Origin: Spirochaetota bacterium
GTDB lineage: Bacteria; Spirochaetota; UBA4802; JAFGJZ01
DNA: 64,000 nucleotides
NCBI GenBank assembly: GCA_027858855.1
Contig: JAQIBV010000030.1
Coordinates: forward strand, 44,644 to 108,643
Direction: 5' to 3'
The notes beneath the pieces are model-generated. The model searched no databases, had not been told where the DNA came from, and saw only the letters and a list, made by a program, of their open reading frames with translations. The position numbers and the translations under genes were made by a program. Of this stretch, positions 20,140 to 28,849 are shown piece by piece. Position 1 is the first letter of the stretch, and every line of letters starts with the position of its first letter.

Positions 20140-22110
20140 TCAATCAGGTGAGCCGGCGTTAAACTGCTCAGTAAGAGGGTCGTGAATTTCTGTCTTATCC
20201 AGAATGGGGATGTCTCCCTCTACGTTTTGCACAAACCAGTTCATTTTGACTATGTGCGAGCGTGAACCGCTTTCCCCATCAGGAATACGGATAATACCAT
20301 CCCGGTCAAAAACAGGCCCTTCGAATATTGAAAATTCGTCCTGAATAATCATTTTACGCATGAACTCAATAAATTTCTGGTTTTCGCGTGAAACAAGTGT
20401 CGTTGAGTAAAAGATGTCAACAAGCCCCGAGTTTATGCCCCACCAGAAGTTTACCGGGCGTGAATCGGTTTTGCCACCTTCAAAAAACAGTTTCCAGGTA
20501 TCATTGAGAATATTCGTAATTATTTTTTCGTAAAAGACTCCCCAGTGCCAAATTGGTATTGCATAGTGCTTAAACGGTTCGTACTGCCCAGTGGCTTCAT
20601 CTTTTTTTGTCGAAAACAGACCATAGGCCTTTTTCTTGCTTTTCAGTATTGGAAGATCATCCTGGCTGATCAGGTCAACACCCATTTCGGATAACTCCTG
20701 GGCTCCCTGAAAAGAGAGTGACTCGTTTTCCCAGCGGTACATCCAGCGGACATAAACCTTCGCTCGTGGATTAACCATGGCGGCCCCCATTGCAAAGGCG
20801 TTTATGCTGCTGATTACCTCTGGTATCGGATACGAGGCAACGTAACCTATTTTGTCGCTTTTGGTTAATGAACCTGCAAGGATACCCATTAAAAAACGGA
20901 CTTCATGAATTCGACCGAAGAAGGAGCGGACATTTTTAGATGAATCCTCACCCGAACAGTTGAAAAACTTGATCTTCGGGTACTCAATTGCAGCCTTAAG
21001 TGTTGCGTTTTTGAAAGTGGGTGATGTTGTGAAGATGACATCCAGTTTTTTATCAGCCAGCTTGCAGATATAGTCATAGGCGGTTTCGTCTTGCGGAACA
21101 TCATCTATGAGTACTGTTTCGACCTTTGAGCCAAGCATGCTGATAATATGCTGCCGTCCCTGCTCCTGAGAGTTGGTCCATCCGGAGGTCTCGGCTGATT
21201 TTGCGTATATGAAGCCGATTTTGAGTTTCTTGTTTGTCATGCGCTTGGCAATTTGATTGATGACATTCGAGCAGCCTTGTCTTGCCGGTTCGGTTATCTC
21301 GTTAACCTCGTTGCTGTTAAGCGTTTCAAATTCTGGAAATAGCTTTTTTATAAGAACTCGATGTTTGCTTTCGGTAATCTCGTCAGGAATGCCATACAGG
21401 TCAAGAAACTGTAAAAGGGCATCGGCTGTCGTAATATCTATCCGATCTCCGTCAAGATCATGGAAAATTCTGGAGAAGGGCATGTAGATGTTCGAAAAAA
21501 AACTCTGATATTTATTAACATTGATAAGTAGTTTTGGTTTGTATTTTGAAAGGTGCTCAAGAAGTCGGGGAAATCGTCCCGGCCGTGAGAACCAGATTGT
21601 GAATATATGGGTAATTTTGTTGAACTCAAGAAATTCGTAATAGATGGTGTTAGTCATGTCAGAGGGGTCACGCTTGGGTATGATCCTGCGGACTTCTGCG
21701 TTGATTGAATAGGCTTTGTTGAACTTCAGTACTGAAACCCGTTTGTTACCTTCACGGACGTAGAACCAGTTTAAATATTCATACACCGAGATGCTATCGC
21801 GTATGCCTTCCGCCAGATGCGATTCGAAGAGTGTCATCCATTTTCCGGCAAATTCAGTATTCAGCTCCTGAATGGGGTAAAAATTCCGTGAAAAAGCTGT
21901 AGCCCTTGAATGCGAGGATGTCCCGATTATCTTTTTCAATGGAATTTCGAAGGTGCCGATATTATTTTCAGAAACAATGTCGGTATGATTTATAAGCCCG
22001 TCAAGTGCGGGCAGGTAGCCCGAGCCCCCGTCGGAGACCCGCTTCATGAAATTTGTCTTCGCTGATTTTACTGCCGAACGGTATATTTCTACTGTTGTTT
22101 CGTTATACAT
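20140..22110 (-). CDS. ParB/Srx-like N-terminal domain fused to a BMP (nucleoside-binding) domain; no signal peptide
   Basis: ISVYEYLNWFYVREGNKRVSV; KIGFIY...GW...G, IFTTSP, KIGYVA..PIPEV...NAFAMGA. Start at 22110 with aggag RBS. Confidence 0.82.
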   Translation of the reverse strand: MYNETTVEIYRSAVKSAKTNFMKRVSDGGSGYLPALDGLINHTDIVSENNIGTFEIPLKKIIGTSSHSRATAFSRNFYPIQELNTEFAGKWMTLFESHLAEGIRDSISVYEYLNWFYVREGNKRVSVLKFNKAYSINAEVRRIIPKRDPSDMTNTIYYEFLEFNKITHIFTIWFSRPGRFPRLLEHLSKYKPKLLINVNKYQSFFSNIYMPFSRIFHDLDGDRIDITTADALLQFLDLYGIPDEITESKHRVLIKKLFPEFETLNSNEVNEITEPARQGCSNVINQIAKRMTNKKLKIGFIYAKSAETSGWTNSQEQGRQHIISMLGSKVETVLIDDVPQDETAYDYICKLADKKLDVIFTTSPTFKNATLKAAIEYPKIKFFNCSGEDSSKNVRSFFGRIHEVRFLMGILAGSLTKSDKIGYVASYPIPEVISSINAFAMGAAMVNPRAKVYVRWMYRWENESLSFQGAQELSEMGVDLISQDDLPILKSKKKAYGLFSTKKDEATGQYEPFKHYAIPIWHWGVFYEKIITNILNDTWKLFFEGGKTDSRPVNFWWGINSGLVDIFYSTTLVSRENQKFIEFMRKMIIQDEFSIFEGPVFDRDGIIRIPDGESGSRSHIVKMNWFVQNVEGDIPILDKTEIHDPLTEQFNAGSPD

Positions 22111-22546
22111 ATTTGGTACTCCTGATAACCGAAAGTAAGAACTGTACGGTCGGTAACGGACGATATATCTGTTACCATTTGAATTGCAGGTATTGATCAG
22201 GTTGTCAACACTTTTCAAAAAGATTAGGAAGAAGTTGCGTTGGCTCAGTTTGGACCGATCAGATAACCGGTTAAACAACCGGTTGTATCGGTCAATATGC
22301 TTTTTTTTTAGCAGGTATTATGAAGTTTTTGATTATCTGCTAATATACTATTTTTTTTTATTTACAAATAACAGTAATGAAACGATTTAGACCCTGTTGC
22401 ACGTATCTCGCCGGAATGACCTCCTGATTATCCCCGTTAGAATACGTTACTGATTTCTATAAAATATTTTTTAAAGAGCTTATTGCTTTTGGTCAAATGC
22501 TTGAATTATGGAAATAAACATAAATGAAGAAGTGTAAAAGGAAATT

Positions 22547-24349
22547 ATGAAAAAGATTAAAAATGTTGCGATTATTGCTCATGTTGACCATGGGAAAACC
22601 ACCCTCATTGATGCTCTGTTGCGGCAGTCAGGCCTGTACCGAGATAACCAGACAATTGATGAACGTGTTATGGATTCAAACGATATAGAGAAGGAACGTG
22701 GTATTACGATATTTTCGAAAAATGCCTCGATTCCTTATAAAGATATAAAGATAAACATAGTCGATACTCCAGGGCACGCCGACTTCGGGGGAGAGGTTCA
22801 ACGGATTATAAAGATGGTCGATTCTGTTCTTCTGGTTGTGGATGCTTTTGAAGGCCCCATGCCTCAGACCAGATATGTTCTGAAGAAGGCGCTCTCTGAA
22901 GGGCACTGCCCGATAGTTGTTATTAACAAGATAGACCGTCCCGATGCGCAACCTGAAACTGTTGTTGATAAGGTTTTTGACCTATTTGTCGAACTGCAGG
23001 CTGCCGATAACCAGCTTGACTTCCCGGTTATATTCGCCTCTGCGAAAGATGGTGTTGCTCACAAGGCCCTGTATGATGAGGGCAATGACATGGTTCCGCT
23101 TTTTAATGCCATAGTAGAGCATGTTAAAGAGCCAGAGGGGGATGAGTCATTACCGTTTCAGTTTCTGGTATCGGCTATTGATTATGATAATTATATCGGA
23201 CGTTTGTGTACCGGTAAAATAGCTAACGGAGTTTTACGTGCGGGTGATGATGTTTGTCACATCGGTGCAGATGATGTTCAGAAGCGTTTCAGGGTAACCA
23301 AGCTTCTTGCGTATCAGGGATTGCAGCGTGTAGAGGTTGCGGAGGCCTTTGCCGGTGATGTAGTTACAATTGCTGGAATTGATGAGATATCGCTTGGCGA
23401 TACTCTTTGTGATATTGAGAATCCCATTAAGCTCGAGTCTATTTCGATTGATGAGCCGACTATAGCGATGACCTTTTCAGTAAATGATTCGCCTTTTATG
23501 GGGCGCGAGGGCGACTTTGTCAGCTCACGCCACCTGACCGAACGGTTGAACAAAGAGCTGAAGAACAATGTGAGTATGCGTGTAGAGAAGTCCCATCAGA
23601 AGGACTCATACGTGGTGAAAGGGCGTGGAGAACTGCAACTTTCCATATTGATCGAGAATATGCGGCGTGAAGGGTATGAGTTCCAGGTTTCGCGGCCACA
23701 GGTTATTATGCAGGAAGTTGATGGAAAAAAATGCGAGCCGATTGAGCATGCTGTTATCGATGTTGCCGATGAGTTTACAGGTGTTGTGATTGAGAAGATG
23801 GGCTTGAGAAAGGCCGAGTTGATGGGAATGAACCAGGGAATTGATGGTTACAGTCGTCTTGAATTCAAGGTGCCTGCTCGTGGTCTTATCGGTTTTCGAA
23901 ATGAATTTTTAACAGAAACCAAGGGCACCGGAATTTTAAATCATTCGTTTCACAGCTATGAACCATTTAAGGGCGCGCTTGCTTCCAGAAGCCGTGGTGT
24001 TCTGGTTGCAATGGAGGCCGGTATTTCGGCAGCCTATGCCATCTTCAACCTTCAAGATCGAGGGATCTTTTTTATCGATCCGGGTACGGAGGTTTATGAG
24101 GGAATGATAGTTGGAGAGCATAACCGTGATAGTGACTTAGTAGTTAATATCTGTAAAACAAAGAAGTTAACAAACATGCGAGCCTCTGGTTCTGACGAGA
24201 ATGTGCGCATTGCCCCTGCAAGGAAATTTTCGCTAGAGCAGGCGCTCGAATACATTCAGGATGATGAATTGCTTGAAATAACACCACAAAATGTGCGTCT
24301 TCGCAAAAAAATTCTTAACGAAAGTAACCGCCGTAAAGCGGCAAAGTAG
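22547..24349 (+). CDS. typA: Translational GTPase TypA/BipA
   Basis: AHVDHGKTT, ERGITI, DTPGHADFGGEV, NKID, GRGELQL and KKLTNMRA motifs. Confidence 0.98.
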   Translation: MKKIKNVAIIAHVDHGKTTLIDALLRQSGLYRDNQTIDERVMDSNDIEKERGITIFSKNASIPYKDIKINIVDTPGHADFGGEVQRIIKMVDSVLLVVDAFEGPMPQTRYVLKKALSEGHCPIVVINKIDRPDAQPETVVDKVFDLFVELQAADNQLDFPVIFASAKDGVAHKALYDEGNDMVPLFNAIVEHVKEPEGDESLPFQFLVSAIDYDNYIGRLCTGKIANGVLRAGDDVCHIGADDVQKRFRVTKLLAYQGLQRVEVAEAFAGDVVTIAGIDEISLGDTLCDIENPIKLESISIDEPTIAMTFSVNDSPFMGREGDFVSSRHLTERLNKELKNNVSMRVEKSHQKDSYVVKGRGELQLSILIENMRREGYEFQVSRPQVIMQEVDGKKCEPIEHAVIDVADEFTGVVIEKMGLRKAELMGMNQGIDGYSRLEFKVPARGLIGFRNEFLTETKGTGILNHSFHSYEPFKGALASRSRGVLVAMEAGISAAYAIFNLQDRGIFFIDPGTEVYEGMIVGEHNRDSDLVVNICKTKKLTNMRASGSDENVRIAPARKFSLEQALEYIQDDELLEITPQNVRLRKKILNESNRRKAAK

Positions 24350-24371
24350 CTATAAACATCCATATTAACCA

Positions 24372-24419
24372 TTTTCATACAAAACAGGTAGCGGTAACGC
24401 TACCTGTTTTGTATGAAAA
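24372..24419 (+). terminator. Long hairpin after typA (probable terminator)
   Basis: Perfect 22-bp stem ttttcatacaaaacaggtagcg with a GTAA loop, 22 bp after the stop codon. Confidence 0.75.
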
Positions 24420-24521
24420 GCCTGAAAACCTCATATACCGATTCTAACTTCAAACTCAAAAGATACATACATAAACGTTAATTCTATTGACTAATAAATG
24501 CGATAACAGAATAATTATCAG

Positions 24522-24564
24522 AATGGTTTTCCTTCCCCGCCTCTGGCGGGGAAGGAAAACCATT
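24522..24564. repeat. Family B palindrome in a perfect 20-bp stem
   Basis: aatggttttccttccccgcc-tct-ggcggggaaggaaaaccatt. Confidence 0.85.
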
Positions 24565-24635
24565 GATTTCTGAATACATATGCAGAAATCAATGATTTAG
24601 TTTTTCGGGGCAACCCGAAAGAATTGGGAGTTCTA

Positions 24636-25682
24636 ATGTTGAAAAATATTAAGCCATTTATATATCTGCTGGTTCTGTGTGGGATAGTTTTATCTCTTCT
24701 TTCATGTAACAGGAAGAGTGATCCCAAAACACTTAAGATTGGTCTTTCTATGGATACACTCAAAGAAGAGAGGTGGCAGAAGGACCGTGATATATTTATG
24801 GCCACAGTCAAATCAATGGGTGGTGAAATTATTGTACAGGCAGCTCAGGGTGATGATGCAACCCAGATTTCACAGTGTGAGAACCTGATTACACAGGGTG
24901 TCGATGTCCTTGTGATCATTCCTCATAACGGCGAAGCCATGGCTCTCGCGGTGAAAAAGGCGCATGAAGCCGGTATTCCGGTTCTTGCCTATGATAGGCT
25001 TATTATGAACTGTGATCTTGATATTTATATCTCATTTGATAATGTAAAAGTGGGCGAATTGCAGGCAACTGAAATAGTCAAGCTGGTGCCGGAAGGAAAC
25101 TATGTCTACATCGGGGGGGCTCCTACTGATAATAATGCGCTCTTGTTCAGGCAGGGCGCAATGAATATTCTTCAGCCGCTTATTAAAAGGGGTGATATTA
25201 ATCTTGTATTTGATCAGTTTTCGGATGATTGGTCTGCATCTGTGGCTCAGAAACACATGGAAAACGCACTTACAAAGAATGATAACAACATTGATGCTGT
25301 TATTGCAGCAAATGATGCCACTGCCGGTGGCGCTGTTCAGGCTCTTTCCGAACAGGGGCTTGTCGGTAAGGTTCCTATTTCCGGGCAGGATGCCGACATT
25401 GCTGGTTGTATGCGGATCGTAGAGGGAACACAGTCAATGACGGTGTACAAATCCATTTCTGCCATTGCAACAGAGTCTGCAAAGGTTGCCATGATAATGG
25501 CAGAAGGCCGGGTAGTTTTAACAAACAACACCGTTAATAATAATAAAATAGATGTTCCTTCGCTTCTTTTGACCCCTGTTGCTGTAACAAAAGATAATAT
25601 GAAAGAAATTGTAATTAAGGACGGTTATCATAAGCTTGAAGATGTCTATAAAAATGTACCGAAGAACCAGTGGCAGAACTGA
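24636..25682 (+). CDS. xylF: D-xylose ABC transporter substrate-binding lipoprotein
   Basis: LLSC lipobox; ERWQKDRDIF, AYDRLI, YISFDNVKVGELQA, GGAPTDNNA, SGQDAD and QSMTVYK motifs. Confidence 0.9.
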   Translation: MLKNIKPFIYLLVLCGIVLSLLSCNRKSDPKTLKIGLSMDTLKEERWQKDRDIFMATVKSMGGEIIVQAAQGDDATQISQCENLITQGVDVLVIIPHNGEAMALAVKKAHEAGIPVLAYDRLIMNCDLDIYISFDNVKVGELQATEIVKLVPEGNYVYIGGAPTDNNALLFRQGAMNILQPLIKRGDINLVFDQFSDDWSASVAQKHMENALTKNDNNIDAVIAANDATAGGAVQALSEQGLVGKVPISGQDADIAGCMRIVEGTQSMTVYKSISAIATESAKVAMIMAEGRVVLTNNTVNNNKIDVPSLLLTPVAVTKDNMKEIVIKDGYHKLEDVYKNVPKNQWQN

Positions 25683-25829
25683 TGCATAAAGATAATGGCG
25701 GAGAAGCGTGTATATTGAGAAGTTTTTCCAAAGCAGGGAAGTTTTTTGATATGATAGGGCAGAATAGACAGACCTATTCGCAAAAAGCGATAAACCTTGC
25801 CTGCAGACCGGGTGTAATACGAGGAGGAG

Positions 25830-27008
25830 ATGCCAATGAATAGTGCAGTTTCCACGGAGAACAAGCCGTTAAATAGTAAAAAAAACTCTTTCAGCTTTAA
25901 CATCCGGGACTACACTTTGATTCTCGCTCTTGTTGTCATATGGGCTTTTTTTGCAATATTGACAGATGGTGTGTTTATGACTTCACGTAACCTTTCGAAT
26001 CTGGTGCGTGCCATGGCCGCAATTTCTGCTTTGGCGCTAGGAACATTTCTGATAATTGTTTCTGGGCATATTGATCTTTCTTCCGGTTCTGTTTGCGGCT
26101 TTACCGGCGCAATAGCCGCGATTCTTAATGTCTGGTTCGAGTGGGATACTACGGTAAGTATCGGAGCAGCTCTCGGGTTGGGAATTGTGATCGGCTTATC
26201 TCAGGGATACCTGATTGCATATCGCAAGGTTCCGGCTTTCATTGTTACTCTTGGTGGTTTGATGATATATCGTGGTCTTCTTATCGGTGTTACCAAGGGT
26301 ATTACCGTTGCACCATTAAGTCCAAATTTTACAGCTATAGGACAAAGATATGTGCCCGTCTTGTGGGGGTGGGGAGGGGCCGCTGTTGTTGTTCTTGTTA
26401 TATGGATTCTGGAGATGCGTAAACGCAGGAGTCATATGAAATATGGTTTTTCCGCCAAATCAACGGATAGGACGATTGCAAAATCTCTGCTTTTTACCGC
26501 TGTAATCCTCACTTTTGTGGCAGTCATGAATGATTACAGAGGAATACCAATCCCGGTTTTTATTATTCTAACTATAGTTTTTGCTTTGATTTTTCTTGTT
26601 TCGCGCACTCAGTTTGGCCGTTATGTTTTTGCCCTTGGCGGCAATGTAGATGCGGCTCGCCTTTCGGGTATTAATGTCGAGCTTAATACAATGGTGTTGT
26701 TTGTGTTGGGGGGCTTTCTTGCCAGTGTGGGTGGAATAATTCTGACTTCACGTCTGAATGCTGCAACAACGAGTGCCGGTGATATGTATGCGTTTGACGC
26801 GATTGCCGCCTGTTTTATTGGTGGAACATCTATCAAGGGGGGAGCCGGTACGGTTCTAGGTGTTCTTGTAGGGGCTCTTGTTCTGGCCTCGCTGGATAAT
26901 GGAATGAGCCTTCTGAACACAAATGCGTTCTGGCAATATGTTGTAAAGGGCGTTATTCTTGTAGCAGCCGTCTGGTTTGATATCAGTACAAGAACAAAAA
27001 AAGTCTGA
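25830..27008 (+). CDS. xylH: Xylose/monosaccharide ABC permease
   Basis: GHIDLSSGS, VPAFIVTLGG, FGRYVFALGGNVDAARLSGIN and AIAACFIGGTS motifs. Confidence 0.88.
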   Translation: MPMNSAVSTENKPLNSKKNSFSFNIRDYTLILALVVIWAFFAILTDGVFMTSRNLSNLVRAMAAISALALGTFLIIVSGHIDLSSGSVCGFTGAIAAILNVWFEWDTTVSIGAALGLGIVIGLSQGYLIAYRKVPAFIVTLGGLMIYRGLLIGVTKGITVAPLSPNFTAIGQRYVPVLWGWGGAAVVVLVIWILEMRKRRSHMKYGFSAKSTDRTIAKSLLFTAVILTFVAVMNDYRGIPIPVFIILTIVFALIFLVSRTQFGRYVFALGGNVDAARLSGINVELNTMVLFVLGGFLASVGGIILTSRLNAATTSAGDMYAFDAIAACFIGGTSIKGGAGTVLGVLVGALVLASLDNGMSLLNTNAFWQYVVKGVILVAAVWFDISTRTKKV

Positions 27009-27100
27009 TGAAAATTCACAACTAAAACTGAAGACCAACAAATCTGAAGAGCTTCAAATCTTAATCTATATGCCCCCAACCCCCAAAGGGGGCTTTTTAT

Positions 27101-27268
27101 TCATTTTCTTAATAATGCAGTTAGTATTTTATTAATTACCGTACTGTTTTTACTCATGACTTCCTCAACTGAAAAACTAAGAGTTGTAATTCCAATATTT
27201 TCTAGAAATTTATCCAGATAATTATCATAATCTACCCGTTTTTTATGAATATCTCCATCAATTTCAAT
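27101..27268 (-). pseudogene. C-terminal fragment of a DUF559 (Vsr-like) endonuclease
   Basis: Manual translation: IEIDGDIHKKRVDYDNYLDKFLENIGITTLSFSVEEVMSKNSTVINKILTALLRK*. No N-terminal half; abuts a family A end. Confidence 0.75.
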
Positions 27269-27348
27269 AGTGAACTTCGAAAAATTACCAAAGAATTTTG
27301 AAAAAAATTTCTAAATTTCGGAAGGTATCAACTTTTAAGTGCCTATTT
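27268..27348. repeat. Family A terminal segment
   Basis: Near-identical to the reverse complement of about 4830-4910 (gaacttcg..aattaccaaagaatttt..aaaaaatttctaaattt...aagtgcctatt). Confidence 0.85.
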
Positions 27349-27418
27349 TAAAAATACTGTTTTGTGCAATAACTATTTAAAGTCCCCCTTTGGGGGATTT
27401 AGGGGGCTTAATCCAAAA

Positions 27419-28501
27419 TTAATAAAAGTTCTTCTGTTTAAAGTAAATATTCGATTTTTGTTTGCGGAAGTTCTGCGGTGATATCTGCTCTTTGCATTTA
27501 AACATTCGGGAAAAATATAGAGGGTCGTTAAAACCCAGAGTTCCGGCTATTTCGTCAATTTTCAGATTAGTTTTAAGCAGCAGCTCTTTGGCCTTTTCTA
27601 TTTTTAGTCGGATGAAATACTGTTTGGGAGAGGCACCAGTTTTGTCTTTAAACTCTTTTCGAAAAACATGGTATTTCATGCCGACCTTTTCTGCAAGAGC
27701 ATTAAAGTCTATACACTCCTTCTCTAGCGATTGGCGCATGATTTTCTTAGTATTGTAAATCGGATCATAAATAGAGAGAATATTTAGCTCTTCTGATGAC
27801 GTTGCCTGGTTTCGTAGCTCGTTTATACTGCGGCTCTTATGATCTGTCACCTCAACGAATCCCTCTTCTGTTAAAAAAAAGAATTTGTCTCCGATTATCT
27901 GAGACTCTTCCAGGTTTTCCGGAATATAGACAATTCCGTCACCATTTCTCTTTTTTTCGTAGATTATCTGTTCAAGAACTTCGAACTGAAACAGTGTAAG
28001 GTATCGAGAAACTTTGTAAAAAATTGATACTTTTGAGTTGAGTAGGATGATGCTGATTAGATCAATAATGGTACGTTCGTTCAGGTTGTAATCACAGATA
28101 GGGGCACTCAGATCAATATCGATTTCGAACCTTTCTAGCAAGAGGTGAATGTCCCGAAGAAGAGCCTTGCGTCTTATGAGCCCGTAGCGTGAGTAGTGTT
28201 TGCCACCCTTGAGAGCTATGTTGTCAAATCCACTCAGGTTCATGAAGAGCGACTTGTTCTGCCATGCAATGCCGATTTGATTGCCGATGTGGTTGCTGAT
28301 TACCCGCTCTCCTCGAAAGAAGACCTCTCCGCTGTCGCGTTTTTCCTGATCGGCCAGTACGCCTACAAAGAGTCTTGAACGTGAGTCATTATCCGATACA
28401 ACACAGCAGATTTCGTTAGAGTGCACCACAAGGCTTGACTGATTAAAGCAGAGTGCATTGTCAACATACTTTGAAAGATTTTTTATTTTCAACAAGATCA
28501 T
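27419..28501 (-). CDS. Degenerate sugar-ABC ATPase-like domain fused to an AraC helix-turn-helix domain
   Basis: N-terminal ~215 aa are collinear with the XylG/RbsA nucleotide-binding domain but lack Walker A/B. C-terminal FKDKTGASPKQY...AKELL...IAGTLGFNDPLYFSRMFK...SPQNFR. Start uncertain (28501 or 28534). Confidence 0.8.
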   Translation of the reverse strand: MILLKIKNLSKYVDNALCFNQSSLVVHSNEICCVVSDNDSRSRLFVGVLADQEKRDSGEVFFRGERVISNHIGNQIGIAWQNKSLFMNLSGFDNIALKGGKHYSRYGLIRRKALLRDIHLLLERFEIDIDLSAPICDYNLNERTIIDLISIILLNSKVSIFYKVSRYLTLFQFEVLEQIIYEKKRNGDGIVYIPENLEESQIIGDKFFFLTEEGFVEVTDHKSRSINELRNQATSSEELNILSIYDPIYNTKKIMRQSLEKECIDFNALAEKVGMKYHVFRKEFKDKTGASPKQYFIRLKIEKAKELLLKTNLKIDEIAGTLGFNDPLYFSRMFKCKEQISPQNFRKQKSNIYFKQKNFY

Positions 28502-28723
28502 TAAGAAATCCTTGAAATGGAATTTGGTTTTCAAGAACTTTTATCAGGATGCTTCTGGAAAATCTCATTCCTCATAAAACAGGGTTTTCCAAGCAAGGTC
28601 ATAGTAAGATAGTAGTTTTGAGAATTCCCAATAAATCAGTGTTCTTGTTTGTGGGCGTAATACCATATCGTTACAGAGGAATTTATTTTGTCCATACATT
28701 TGTTGTTTTGAGAGATTTTAGAA

Positions 28724-28832
28724 TAGGGAACTTCGAAAAATTACCATGTTTGAGAAGGTAACATCGTTTGAGTGCATATTAATGATAATTTTTCTCGCAA
28801 AGCTTGAAAAAGCGTAAAATATTTGCGCTTTT
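28724..28832. repeat. Family A partial copy, reverse orientation
   Basis: tagggaacttcgaaaaattacc ... gataatttttctcgcaaagcttgaaaaagcgtaaaatatttgcgcttt. Confidence 0.75.
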
Positions 28833-28849
28833 TCAGATTCGTTTCGTTA

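Larger units (their letters stand above)
27072..27407. repeat. Pair of inverted GC-rich REP-like repeats (family C) at 27072-27096 and 27379-27407
   Basis: gcccccaacccccaaagggggcttt versus aaagtccccctttgggggatttagggggc. Confidence 0.8.

Noticed and set aside
22111-22278. N-terminal ORF-track extensions (also 18320-18424, 4887-4928, 61964-61990)
   Set aside because: Better downstream ATG starts exist, mostly with a clear RBS and with domain or signal-peptide starts.
25683-25829. xylG remnant or riboswitch between xylF and xylH
   Set aside because: No ABC motif and no riboswitch consensus recognised in these 147 bp.
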